DNA from: a virus
Taxonomy: Duplodnaviria > Heunggongvirae > Uroviricota > Caudoviricetes
Virus record (IMG/VR): IMGVR_UViG_3300036766_001364
Span: 128,001-171,975 of that record
DNA: 43,975 nucleotides
Direction: 5' to 3' (one strand)
The translations under genes and the position numbers were made by a program. The notes beneath the pieces were generated by a model. It ran no database searches. It saw nothing but the letters and a program-made list of their open reading frames with translations, and was not told where the DNA came from. The first letter of the stretch is position 1, and each line of letters begins with the position of its first letter. Positions 21,201-29,445 of this stretch are shown in pieces.

Positions 21201-24022
21201 TCAAAGTCTCGGACGTGGTCGCGGGGGCCTACACGGTCACGATGGCCCTCATCGACGATTTCTCTGTCCTCCCATTCGAACTGACGTGGTCGTGGGAGGT
21301 GCCCGACGGCGGCCAGGTGCTCCAATCGGGGACAGAGACCAACGGGAATTTCTTCTCGTTCGGCGTGTCCGACCCGACGCTCGGTTCTGGCTTGAACGAT
21401 CGCTTGCTGCGGATGACTGACGGCGCGTGCAACGAAGCGACTGCGCTGATCTCCGTCCAAGGCGCGCCGCCGGCGCCGATCCAGGTCCCGCCGAGACCGT
21501 GCTCGCTGTCGATCATCCACGATGGAATCGGGGCTGCCGTCGACGACTGGAGCGGGCTCACGCGCGACCAGACGGGCGGGCTCGAGCAGCCGATTATCAC
21601 CCTCTGCGACCGCGTGCCATCGGGGAAATACGCGATCGTCCGCAGGAACCGCTCGCTCGCCGACGTCGCCGCGTCGCTGAAGGGCCGCGGGCTGCGCGGC
21701 GCGTTCTTCAGGCTGTCGCCGCCGGACTTTCCCAATTCGTCCGTCCCGTTCGTCGATCCGCGATCGTCGGTGCCGGGAGACCCCGACTGGGCCGCGTGGC
21801 AGCGCGTCCTCAGGCTCGACCAGCTCGTCGGGGACCCGGGACCGGGCCAACTCGCCGGGCCGCAGACGCTGCGCGCCGAGAGGCTGGTGGTCGGGGGGTT
21901 CTTCGAGCTCGGACAGACGGCCTACGACAACCCCGCCGCGGCCGCGTACGGGATCGCCGGACTGCGCAACGAGCTCAACCTCGACGCGGTGATCGTGGAC
22001 GCCACCGACCCATCGTGGGCGGGACCGCGATCGGGAGAGAAGCTGCTCGCTCTCTGCTCAGTCGCCCAGACGTCGTTCGTCCGCTCTCCGTCAGCTCCAG
22101 ACGCCCCCTACACGCTGTCGACCCACTGTCCGCTGTTCGTCTGCCTGCCCGCAAGCCAGGACGGGTACGGGTCGCTGCTCTCGGCAGACGGCGTGATCGA
22201 AGCGTTCGCCAACGGCTTCACCGGGCCCAAGGTGCTCGGCATGGCGCGCGTCGAGGCGGGCCGCGCGTTCGACGCCGCAGCGTCCAGACAGTGGGCCCGC
22301 CCGTGGTCGCGCGAGGGCAAGGGGATCGGCCAAGTCGAGCTGCTCGTCGACGTCCGATCGCGCGGCGACCCGACGGCTGCGGTGAACGCTTTCGCCGCGC
22401 CGCAGGCCGTCTCGTTCTCAGGTCTGCCCGGAGTGTGGGACATGCGCAGCGGGCTCATCGTGTACGACGACCTGGACGCCGTCGACGCGGACGGCTGCCC
22501 CGGGACGGATCCCACGGGCTATTGGGGATACGACGGGCTCCACCCGCACCACGGGACGCTCGTGCCGGTCGTCCACTCAGACCCCCCGCCGCAGGCCGCG
22601 ATCGGCAGGGACTACGGGGTGGGCGGAACGAGCTCGTGCTCGGATCCCTACTCGGCGACGCTCGACTCGATCAGCATGAATGAGGCGCTCCAGAGGGCCG
22701 CAGCGGCGGGCTTCAGCGGCCAGGATCAAGTCACCACGATCGCCGCCATCGCGATCGCCGAGAGCGGGCTGAGGACCCTCGCCACGAACGCCAACACAGA
22801 CGGATCGGTCGACCGCGGGATCCTGCAGATCAACTCGATCCACGACGGCGAGGGGTGCGGTTCAGACTGCGGTTTCGGCCTCGTGGATATCCTCGATCCC
22901 TGGCGCTTCGGGCTCGCGCTCTTCAAGCGTCGCGGAGACTTCAGCGACTGGGTCACGTACAACAATGGGCTCCACCTCCCGTTCATGGCGCTCGCTCTGG
23001 CGTGTTTCACGGGCCAGTCGATCCAGTCCGCGCCGCTGCCTGGCTCGGCGGGCGGGGCGAACCGGAGCCTCAAGGTCTCGTTCGAGTCCTGGCGAGCGCC
23101 ATTCGACAGGCCGACCGCGTTCCGCGCCGACGACCCAGCGTGCCCCGACACGCGTGAGATCGCGGGATCGTGGATCACGCTCAACGGCGCGCCGATCGCG
23201 GCGACGCCGCACTCGGCCGGGCTGCTGACGGGAGCGCTCTACGTGGGTGGCCGCCCGCAGAGCGGAGACGTCGGCTTCCATCCCCTGTTGATCACAGCGA
23301 CATCGTCGCAGGCTGACGACCACCTGTCTACGTCGGTCAGCCTGGGCGCCACGGTGTTCGATCCGGGCGAGTACGTGAAGACAGTCGCCCAGACCGAGTC
23401 CGCCGTCGCGAGGGCTTCGTGGCTCCACCCCCCACTGCACGACCCGGCCGCGGCCGGGCGTTTGCCTGACTACTGGATCAGCGCGGCCGACTACTGCGCG
23501 TCGACGTCTCCGTTCAAGCACATCAGCGCGCGGCAGGTCGCGGGCGCGCGGTCGTTCGCGCCCAGCGGGACGCTCGTCGGGTGCCCGTGCGCGGCGGGGT
23601 TCCCGCTCACGTCGGACTGCTCGTGGCACGTCGCGCACGAGGGGATCCAGGCCGTGGACATCGGGGTCCCCAGCGGCTCGGCCCTGTTCTCGGCGTGCGA
23701 CGGCCGCATCGCGTTCCGCGGGTTCGACCCCAGGTACGACCCGTCGTGCACTGCCACCCTGTTCGGCCAGACCGTCGGCTGCGGTTACGGCTACACGGTG
23801 GAGGTGGACTGCGGCGGGGGGAAGACCCTGAGGTACGGGCACATGAGCCCCGGTTCTGTGTTCGAGGGTCCGTCGGTCGGCGACCCGGTGGCCGCCGGAC
23901 AGCGCCTCGGGACAAGCGACGACACCGGCTACTCGAGCGGCCCGCACCTGCACTTCGAGGTCAGACAAGATGGGCTGACGCTCTGCCCGCTAGCGTTCCT
24001 GCCAGACGGGTGTCTCGGGTGA
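18203..24022 (+). CDS. Giant multidomain protein: repeated Ig-like modules, lysozyme/transglycosylase-like domain and C-terminal M23 peptidase
   Basis: AIAIAESG...N..GSVDRGILQINS.H (~22740-22845); H...VDIG, YGHM and GPHLHFEVR (~23630-23965); repeated W..RTG..G.G..VA.G units. Confidence 0.85.
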   Translation: MSITNPDILVPYGISGGLGQFPAAQVPISRNGGSFVADGEVLIAQFQWDSAVANADSLAAPPGWTKLDSSISGVHQTAVFTHVASGEPNPVYTFVWPVPIAWNAAEIYRFRGATGIGAVAAIDGLTAQSVNLPTPNSAVLCLYTASSTVGDQVIVLPSGLTAIVGIFHTSQSTYNIRAAGIAQRAQIGPTPMFTAQVGFVVHPPLAASRAVTIALVAPVPQIVCPSVDTPVVTYGSFTRTGPNNPAWALTFHCVDTSLSATLGVQLRTQPNRSGTLVASGTVSLSNGVATGLLSVAYNAPGVVNGFNNLFLTVNNSQCVSPDLLLAVRRDDFLFPVNQAIQAAVGPAGPAKHYALFATLADDLSFDQLELYWRLRTGPNGSGVLVLDGHATSGAPFSTDVYDPGLVQGANARYLRLRDGANNIVERAITVTADLTTASPPSVSGLGLTRQPCGPYMSSYATPWGLSFFTSNPNGGTLSASVVDQFGDTVWTGVVAANSTTLAQIPFIQRDAGIVTSVSYTITVTNAAGLSGSAGFSIPFDDDTVNLSGQAVGCDQFGTWTVGGLFASPLPNGRVGDLAAWSAWTGSRVDSHGRTVGAGTRLAQGSVVAGQVSAIAVHDSTIPVGTTTRFLEIDSAGCVPITYALAISRPSVEFIVLSYSQTPQVTYEQHVPYPATRLGPNSETADLWATVNMDLAHRIVWEVWTGPGRTGSQVNRGAFGAGTYAAPVSVGPSVVGNPYPVNDFNAATGFTVPEGTNVFYLVVFDFDSGFVSNSLPFVVFDDKVAAPIGSSASVRQSPVSEATLDYDMDIVLTDDLSTVLLELHWEVRDGAGGTGHRIAFGDTTSGLPFVLSVFGDRTFLQPGVNTRYLRWYDGALNPAELVFYVSRQLPDLAPTVISAAVSYACGDRCGPRSTPFAIDVAASDPEGGPVVAEVRTSINGGGTLVASGAPGSLSVPWDQFGMHDGDNVLYVTALDPAGNRSTDAFVVVSRDPTTVPNWYDVKVSDVVAGAYTVTMALIDDFSVLPFELTWSWEVPDGGQVLQSGTETNGNFFSFGVSDPTLGSGLNDRLLRMTDGACNEATALISVQGAPPAPIQVPPRPCSLSIIHDGIGAAVDDWSGLTRDQTGGLEQPIITLCDRVPSGKYAIVRRNRSLADVAASLKGRGLRGAFFRLSPPDFPNSSVPFVDPRSSVPGDPDWAAWQRVLRLDQLVGDPGPGQLAGPQTLRAERLVVGGFFELGQTAYDNPAAAAYGIAGLRNELNLDAVIVDATDPSWAGPRSGEKLLALCSVAQTSFVRSPSAPDAPYTLSTHCPLFVCLPASQDGYGSLLSADGVIEAFANGFTGPKVLGMARVEAGRAFDAAASRQWARPWSREGKGIGQVELLVDVRSRGDPTAAVNAFAAPQAVSFSGLPGVWDMRSGLIVYDDLDAVDADGCPGTDPTGYWGYDGLHPHHGTLVPVVHSDPPPQAAIGRDYGVGGTSSCSDPYSATLDSISMNEALQRAAAAGFSGQDQVTTIAAIAIAESGLRTLATNANTDGSVDRGILQINSIHDGEGCGSDCGFGLVDILDPWRFGLALFKRRGDFSDWVTYNNGLHLPFMALALACFTGQSIQSAPLPGSAGGANRSLKVSFESWRAPFDRPTAFRADDPACPDTREIAGSWITLNGAPIAATPHSAGLLTGALYVGGRPQSGDVGFHPLLITATSSQADDHLSTSVSLGATVFDPGEYVKTVAQTESAVARASWLHPPLHDPAAAGRLPDYWISAADYCASTSPFKHISARQVAGARSFAPSGTLVGCPCAAGFPLTSDCSWHVAHEGIQAVDIGVPSGSALFSACDGRIAFRGFDPRYDPSCTATLFGQTVGCGYGYTVEVDCGGGKTLRYGHMSPGSVFEGPSVGDPVAAGQRLGTSDDTGYSSGPHLHFEVRQDGLTLCPLAFLPDGCLG

Positions 24023-24024
24023 GC

Positions 24025-24035
24025 CGCGGTATAAT
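24025..24035 (+). promoter_or_regulatory. Consensus -10 promoter (CGCGGTATAAT) for the accessory block
   Basis: Perfect TATAAT at 24030-24035 in a GC-rich genome, 26 nt upstream of ATG 24062. Confidence 0.7.
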
Positions 24036-24061
24036 ATAAGCAGACCAAAGCGAGGGCGAAC

Positions 24062-24511
24062 ATGGCGACGCGAGAGACCAAGTGGACGGAGGCGATGGAC
24101 GGCAGCCCGGCGTCTGTCGACCTGCACGAGGCCGTCACGTCGAACCCGCGCATCGACGGCCACGACTACGAATGGACGGCCGTCCCCCCGCACGGCCCGA
24201 ACGGGTGGGGGAACATCGTCTGGCAGCACGGGCCGATCTTGGAAGTCGGGCGCAACGGCGTCCTGCTCGAGGAGCTGCTCGAGTTCGTCGTGATCCCGCG
24301 CCTCAAGGGGCTCAACCGCGAGCGCATCCCCGCGCCTCAGGGCCAGATCTCAGACGGTCTAGACGGCCAGATCGCGAACCCATTCCGCTGCGAAGAATCG
24401 ACGCACGCGATCGCGCGCTTCGAGGAAGGCCTCAACTGGCTCAAGCGGCGGACCGAATTGCGTCGGCGACAGGGCGTCGAGGGCACGTTCTGGGCGCACG
24501 CGAGCTCGTGA
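24062..24511 (+). CDS. tad1: Tad1-like (Thoeris anti-defence 1) nucleotide-signal sponge
   Basis: I.WQ.GP..EVG.NGV..E.LL....RL...PF.C.E...A....EE.L.WL.RR...R...GVEGT matches the Tad1 pattern as recalled; ~20 aa insertion. Confidence 0.75.
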   Translation: MATRETKWTEAMDGSPASVDLHEAVTSNPRIDGHDYEWTAVPPHGPNGWGNIVWQHGPILEVGRNGVLLEELLEFVVIPRLKGLNRERIPAPQGQISDGLDGQIANPFRCEESTHAIARFEEGLNWLKRRTELRRRQGVEGTFWAHASS

Positions 24512-24753
24512 AGTTCAGGGCGAAACCCGTCGAGGTCGAAGCGATGCTGTTCGACGGCCCGACTTCGGCGAAGTCTATCGTCGAGTGGGCGAAGCCGAAC
24601 GCCTGGCTCGGGTACAGCGATCGGCTCTACATATCCAGGGACGGGGATCCAGAGCATGTCCTGCTTGGCTTCTGGGTCGTCCGCGACGCGGACGGAGATC
24701 TCCATCTGTGCTCTCCAGACAAGTTTGAGTCAGAATACGAGGCGGCCGGATGA
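24508..24753 (+). CDS. Conserved small phage protein (KPV.VEA...G.WVV....G....C.PD.F...YE family)
   Basis: Recognisable N- and C-terminal motifs; GTGA-coupled to the Tad1-like gene. Confidence 0.7.
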   Translation: MKFRAKPVEVEAMLFDGPTSAKSIVEWAKPNAWLGYSDRLYISRDGDPEHVLLGFWVVRDADGDLHLCSPDKFESEYEAAG

Positions 24754-24974
24754 GCCCGCAAGAACAGAAGTTTCGCGCCTGGCTGCGTGAAGAACTGGCC
24801 GCGGGACGCGTCCCGACGCCGACGAGCTGTCTCGCTTTTCTCGGGCGCAACCCACGCGCGCTACGGGTCGGAGGTCCGAGCCTCAACGGCGCGTTCAGCG
24901 CTGCTCGACGCGACGAATTCGCGGCCGCGGGACTCAAGAAAGACCCCCGCTCGGGCAGGTGGTATCTGCCGTGA
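24750..24974 (+). CDS. Hypothetical protein
   Basis: ATGA/GTGA coupling on both sides. Confidence 0.6.
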   Translation: MSPQEQKFRAWLREELAAGRVPTPTSCLAFLGRNPRALRVGGPSLNGAFSAARRDEFAAAGLKKDPRSGRWYLP

Positions 24975-25516
24975 GCTTCACGACTCCGCTCGAGGAGTTC
25001 GTCGCTCATTCTAACCGCATCGAGCGCGAGCCCGATCGGCCGGGACACCCGCTGTTCGACGACCACCTCGCCGTCGCGCGCAGGGTCCAGGCGTGGGCGC
25101 TCTCCGCCACGCGACCGGTCGCCATGTCTCCCCTAGCGATCCATCGCGCGCTCCTCAAGTCGCAGCCCGCGAAGTTCCCCGGCGAGCTGCGCCAGTGCCG
25201 TGTGGAGGTCAACGGGCTCGAAAAGATGCCGCCCGCAGAAGTGCGCCCCCGCTTCGCGCGGCTGATCGGCGACGCGCAGTTCTACGTGTTCATCCATCGC
25301 ACCAAGAACAAACGGCTGACAGAAGAGCGTATCTGGGCGTTCCATCACGAATTAGAATGGATCCACCCGTTCGTCGACGGGAATGGGAGGACCGGTCGCC
25401 TGTGGATGAACGCCATCCGCCTCTCTGTAGGTTTCCCATGGCTGACGGTCGAGTACGGCGACCGTTTCGCTTACTATCGGGCGATCCAAGACTGGGAGCA
25501 CGAGAAGAGGGTATGA
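24971..25516 (+). CDS. Fic-domain protein
   Basis: Canonical HPFVDGNGRTGR motif; SNRIE N-terminal motif. Confidence 0.9.
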   Translation: MSFTTPLEEFVAHSNRIEREPDRPGHPLFDDHLAVARRVQAWALSATRPVAMSPLAIHRALLKSQPAKFPGELRQCRVEVNGLEKMPPAEVRPRFARLIGDAQFYVFIHRTKNKRLTEERIWAFHHELEWIHPFVDGNGRTGRLWMNAIRLSVGFPWLTVEYGDRFAYYRAIQDWEHEKRV

Positions 25517-26259
25517 ATCGCACTTCGCTGCTCTTCTGGTTCCCACTGATCAGAGATCTGGGCGTCCCCGTGCCGCGCACTGAGTGGGCGCTGATCGACC
25601 CGCCGACGGACGCCGAGTCGCTGATGTACCCTGAGAGCGGCGTCGACGAGAACGCTCCGCCACTGCTCTTCGACTGGGCGGGGCAGATCGAGGCGGCCGT
25701 GGACCGGCTTGGCTCTGGCTACCCCATCTTCATGCGCACGGACCTGATGTCGGGCAAGCACCTGTACTGGGATACGTGCTACGTGGGGTCTGCGAGCGAC
25801 CTGATGGCGCACGCTCTCGCTCTGATGGAAGACCAGGCGGTGCACATCATGTTCCCCAGATCCGATGAGAATGTGAGCGCGGTCGTGGTCAGAGAGTTGC
25901 TGCCCCTCGCCGCCGAGTTCGCGGCGTTCAGGGGGCTCCCGATCGCGCCCGAGCGCCGCTATTTCGTCGGCGACGGTCGAGTGACATGCCACCACCCTTA
26001 CTGAATAGACGCTGACAACATCAAGAACGGGCTCGAATGGGGAACAGCCGTGCCCGATTGGGAGGCGCTCCTGGCGTCCGTGAACGAAGAATCGCCCGAC
26101 GAGATAGCGCTCCTCACCGACTACGCGACCCGCGTCGCGCAGGCTTTGTCGGGCGCGTGGTCCGTGGATTTCGCGAAGACGGTTGACGGCGCTTGGCACC
26201 TGATCGACATGGCCGAAGCGGGCGTATCATGGCACCCGGAGCACGGCGATGTCGTATGA
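25513..26259 (+). pseudogene. ATP-grasp (R2K-like) protein interrupted by in-frame TGA at 26002-26004
   Basis: YPIFMRTD..SGKH, VVRE.L, E.RYFV, then the same frame continues to WSVDFA....W.LIDM; single TGA after HHPY. Confidence 0.65.
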
Positions 26260-27130
26260 CGCGAAGATGCCCACTCAGCGCGGGGCGCACGTCGATCGCG
26301 TCAGGCCCAGAGCGCCTCGGCGCGTCCAGCTCGGCTGCATCAGTTGCGGCGCGGGGCCGTTCCACTCTGAGGACGAGCGGCGGGCGCACGTCGACGAAGT
26401 CCACCTGTCGTGCAAGCCGTGCGGTTTCCTCGCGCCAGACGAGTACGGTCACCGGGCCCACATGACGTCGCGCCGGCACGAGGAGACGATCGCGTACGGT
26501 GCTCCGCGGGCGACGGTGAGCGCGCCGCGACCGGCAGAAAGCTCACGCCGAGTGGAGCCGCCGTTGGCGGGGTCTCTCCTCGACCCGTCGCGCATCGCGC
26601 ACCCACCGCGCTTCGCGTACCCGTGCACTCAGCCGGGATGCGAACACCCGCCGTTCGCGAGCAGGCAAGCCATGAACAAACACCGCGCAAGAGTGCACGG
26701 CGCCGAACTGGTCCAAGAGCGTCCGTTCGCAGGCGCTCAGTCGGCTGAAGAGCCGATCGCCGCGCGCGATGAAGAGAACGCCGCCGACGGCGGTGAGGGA
26801 CTCGAAGGCGCAGCAGCAGCAGACGCGCTCTCGCAGACCATGGCCGATCGGCCGCGGCACACGACGGGCCGCTGCGCCGAGTGCGACGACAGGGAGGAAG
26901 CGATGGCGCTGATCCACGGGATAGCCGACGCGGTCAACGCGCTCGAGGAGCGCGTCGTCAAGCTCGAGATCGTCGCTGCCGACTGGCGCACGACGGAGCA
27001 TCGCGACAGCTATATCCAGGCGCTGATCGACAGGCTCGCGAATAAGCGCGGCGTGGTCATCGACTCAGAAGAGTCGAAGCTCATGGACAGGATCGAACGA
27101 ATCCTGTTCGCGGAGGTTGAACTGACGTGA
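26249..27130 (+). CDS. Multi C2H2 zinc-finger protein with coiled-coil C-terminus
   Basis: CISC..H...H, CKPC..H.....H, CTQPGC..H....H, plus CAEC. Confidence 0.7.
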   Translation: MSYDAKMPTQRGAHVDRVRPRAPRRVQLGCISCGAGPFHSEDERRAHVDEVHLSCKPCGFLAPDEYGHRAHMTSRRHEETIAYGAPRATVSAPRPAESSRRVEPPLAGSLLDPSRIAHPPRFAYPCTQPGCEHPPFASRQAMNKHRARVHGAELVQERPFAGAQSAEEPIAARDEENAADGGEGLEGAAAADALSQTMADRPRHTTGRCAECDDREEAMALIHGIADAVNALEERVVKLEIVAADWRTTEHRDSYIQALIDRLANKRGVVIDSEESKLMDRIERILFAEVELT

Positions 27131-27615
27131 TGAGACCGGCCAAGCTCACGGACGCAGAGAAGGCGATCGCGACCGCGCTGTTGCGCGGGATGAGCCGGCA
27201 GGCGATCGCCGATTCCCGGTACGCGAGCGTGAAGACCGTCGACGCTCAGGTCGCGAACCTCTACAAGAGGATCGGGATCGACATGCGCTTGGGCATCGGG
27301 GCGATCAGGTCCACGCTCATCGACCTGATCGCATACGCCATCGCGTTCGACTCATCGCTCATCGACCCAGAGGGGACGCTCGGCATGGCGCTCCGCTTGC
27401 GCGACGCCGCCGCGCCGTCGGGAAAGACCGTGAAGATCGTCGCGCACGGCGGCGAGATCATCGAGCGACGCGTGGTGGCGGTCGCCGACAACACGGTGGT
27501 CGTGTGCACCGACGACGAGTTCCGCGACGCGGCGACCGAGGGACGCGATCCGATCACGGTGGGCTTTCCCGTATCGGACATAGTGGTCGATCCGCGGAGG
27601 GCCGACGCGAGATGA
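27127..27615 (+). CDS. LuxR-type HTH protein with C-terminal small beta domain
   Basis: LTDAEKAIA..L.RGMS...IA......KTVD.QV.NLYKRIG. Confidence 0.8.
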   Translation: MMRPAKLTDAEKAIATALLRGMSRQAIADSRYASVKTVDAQVANLYKRIGIDMRLGIGAIRSTLIDLIAYAIAFDSSLIDPEGTLGMALRLRDAAAPSGKTVKIVAHGGEIIERRVVAVADNTVVVCTDDEFRDAATEGRDPITVGFPVSDIVVDPRRADAR

Positions 27616-28502
27616 GCGCCGCGGCAGACCCCCTCAACGGCAACCTCGGGCGGGTCATCCTTGGCGACAATATGGAGATCCTCGCCGCGCTCCCCGATGA
27701 GTGCATCGATCTCGTCTACATCGACCCGCCCTTCAACACCGGCAAGCGCCAGGAACTTCGGCGCATCGAAGTCGTCCGCGATGCGGAGGGCGACCGCACC
27801 GGGTTCCAGGGGCAGCGCTACCGGACGCTCCAGACAACCAACCACGGCTACCTCGATGTCTTCGACGACTACCTCGCCTTCCTCGAACCGCGCCTCGTCG
27901 AAATCCGCCGCGTCCTCAAGCCGACGGGCTCGCTCTACTTCCACATCGACTACCGCGAAGTGCACTACTGCAAGGTGCTGCTGGATGCGATCTTCGGGCG
28001 CGAGTGTTTCCTCAACGAACTGATCTGGGCGTACGACTACGGCGCCCGGACGACGAAGAAGTGGCCGCCGAAGCACGACAACATCCTCGTCTACGTGAAA
28101 GACCCCGCCGCCTACTACTTCTCAACGGAGGAGATGGAGCGCATCCCCTACATGGCCCCCGGCCTCGTCGGCCCGGAAAAGGCAGCCCGCGGCAAGCTCC
28201 CGACCGATACCTGGTGGCACACCATCGTCCCTACGAACGGCAAGGAGCGCACTGGCTACCCCAACCAGAAGCCGCTCGGCATCCTCCGGCGCATCGTCCA
28301 GGCGTCCTGTCCTCCCGGTGGCATCGTTGCCGATTTCTTCGCCGGCAGTGGCACGACCGGGGCCTCGGCGCTTGAATCGCAGCGCCGGTTCCTGCTCGTG
28401 GACAGCAACCCAGAGGCGTTCGAGGTGATGCAGCGCCGCTTCTGCGGCGATCAATCTGGCTGGGGTCGCTCGCGCCACGTTTCATTCGAAAGGGATGCAT
28501 GA
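27612..28502 (+). CDS. N4/N6 site-specific DNA methyltransferase (beta class)
   Basis: DLVYIDPPF catalytic motif before DFFAGSGTTG SAM-binding motif; YP.QKP. Confidence 0.95.
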   Translation: MSAAADPLNGNLGRVILGDNMEILAALPDECIDLVYIDPPFNTGKRQELRRIEVVRDAEGDRTGFQGQRYRTLQTTNHGYLDVFDDYLAFLEPRLVEIRRVLKPTGSLYFHIDYREVHYCKVLLDAIFGRECFLNELIWAYDYGARTTKKWPPKHDNILVYVKDPAAYYFSTEEMERIPYMAPGLVGPEKAARGKLPTDTWWHTIVPTNGKERTGYPNQKPLGILRRIVQASCPPGGIVADFFAGSGTTGASALESQRRFLLVDSNPEAFEVMQRRFCGDQSGWGRSRHVSFERDA

Positions 28503-28503
28503 A

Positions 28504-28800
28504 ATGACCAAGCTTACGCCTCGCCAGAGGCAGATCGCTCGCGCTATGATCGAGGGCCTCTCTACCGCGGAGATCGCGGTCGCGCGCGGCGTGGCCGTGG
28601 GGACCGTGGAGTGGCACGTGAAACAGACGCTCCGCGCGATCGGGCTGGAAGAGGCCGCGTCTCGCCAACACGGCTACAGGGCGAACCTCATGGCGCTGTG
28701 CGCGTACGCGATCACCCACGACGCGGAGCTGATCCCGGCCGAGAGCGCGCTGGGGATCGCGCTCAGGCATTATCGGATCCGCTCAAAGACGAGCGTTTAG
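28504..28800 (+). CDS. LuxR-type HTH protein, paralog of 27127-27615
   Basis: LTPRQRQIA.....GLS..EIA...G....TV.WH; shared tail AYAI..D..LI..E..LG.ALR. Confidence 0.8.
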   Translation: MTKLTPRQRQIARAMIEGLSTAEIAVARGVAVGTVEWHVKQTLRAIGLEEAASRQHGYRANLMALCAYAITHDAELIPAESALGIALRHYRIRSKTSV

Positions 28801-28921
28801 CCCCTGCTAGAAGCCCGATTTTCGCGACTTTTTGGGTTTCTACGGGCCGCTTTTCTGGGGTACGATCGGCGTAAGACGCGGCGCCTCTGCGGTCGACACA
28901 GACCCGCGATCGGAGTGAAAG

Positions 28922-29140
28922 ATGGGACACATCGCGCTCTCGTCTGTCGGCTGGACTGTCGCGACGGCGTTCGGCGGAGCGCCGCGCTTCGGTCGCCCGC
29001 CCAGACCCGCGCGCCGGACAGGCGCGCGGCACGCGCTGATCGCGCTCGGCATCATCGCATCGGCGATCGCGATGGGTGGCGCGATCTACGCTCTGAGCGA
29101 CGCCATCGTGCGCGCCGCGCCAGGGATCGTGGGCCCGTGA
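28922..29140 (+). CDS. Small membrane protein
   Basis: GGAG RBS, one TM segment. Confidence 0.5.
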   Translation: MGHIALSSVGWTVATAFGGAPRFGRPPRPARRTGARHALIALGIIASAIAMGGAIYALSDAIVRAAPGIVGP

Positions 29141-29445
29141 TGAGAGTCGTTTGGCCGCCCGACGCCCTGCCCGTTGAGGTAGAAGAACTGCTCGCGCCCG
29201 GCGACTACGCGAAGCAGCCAAAGGGTGGCTTCTGGATGGTGCGCGCGCCTTCGGGGGAACTCGGCACCCTCACGCCTGAGTTGCACACCGTCATCGAGCA
29301 TGAGGACGGGACGATCACGGTCGAACCGTCGTTGGACTACAAACGACACTGGTTTACGGGCGACGCGTTTTCGATGCTGCGGTTCGAGCGGTACGGGGAT
29401 GGCTATCACGGCTGGCTTCGCGGCGGGAACTGGGTGGCGGCATGA
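29140..29445 (+). CDS. DUF6527-like protein, copy 1
   Basis: H...E.EDGTITV.PSL....YHGWLR.G.W. Confidence 0.6.
   Translation: MRVVWPPDALPVEVEELLAPGDYAKQPKGGFWMVRAPSGELGTLTPELHTVIEHEDGTITVEPSLDYKRHWFTGDAFSMLRFERYGDGYHGWLRGGNWVAA

Noticed and set aside
28801-28860. Intrinsic terminator after the second LuxR-like gene
   Set aside because: An imperfect hairpin exists (tagaagcccga/ttgggtttcta) but has several G-U pairs, a long loop and no adjacent U-tract, so it was not called.
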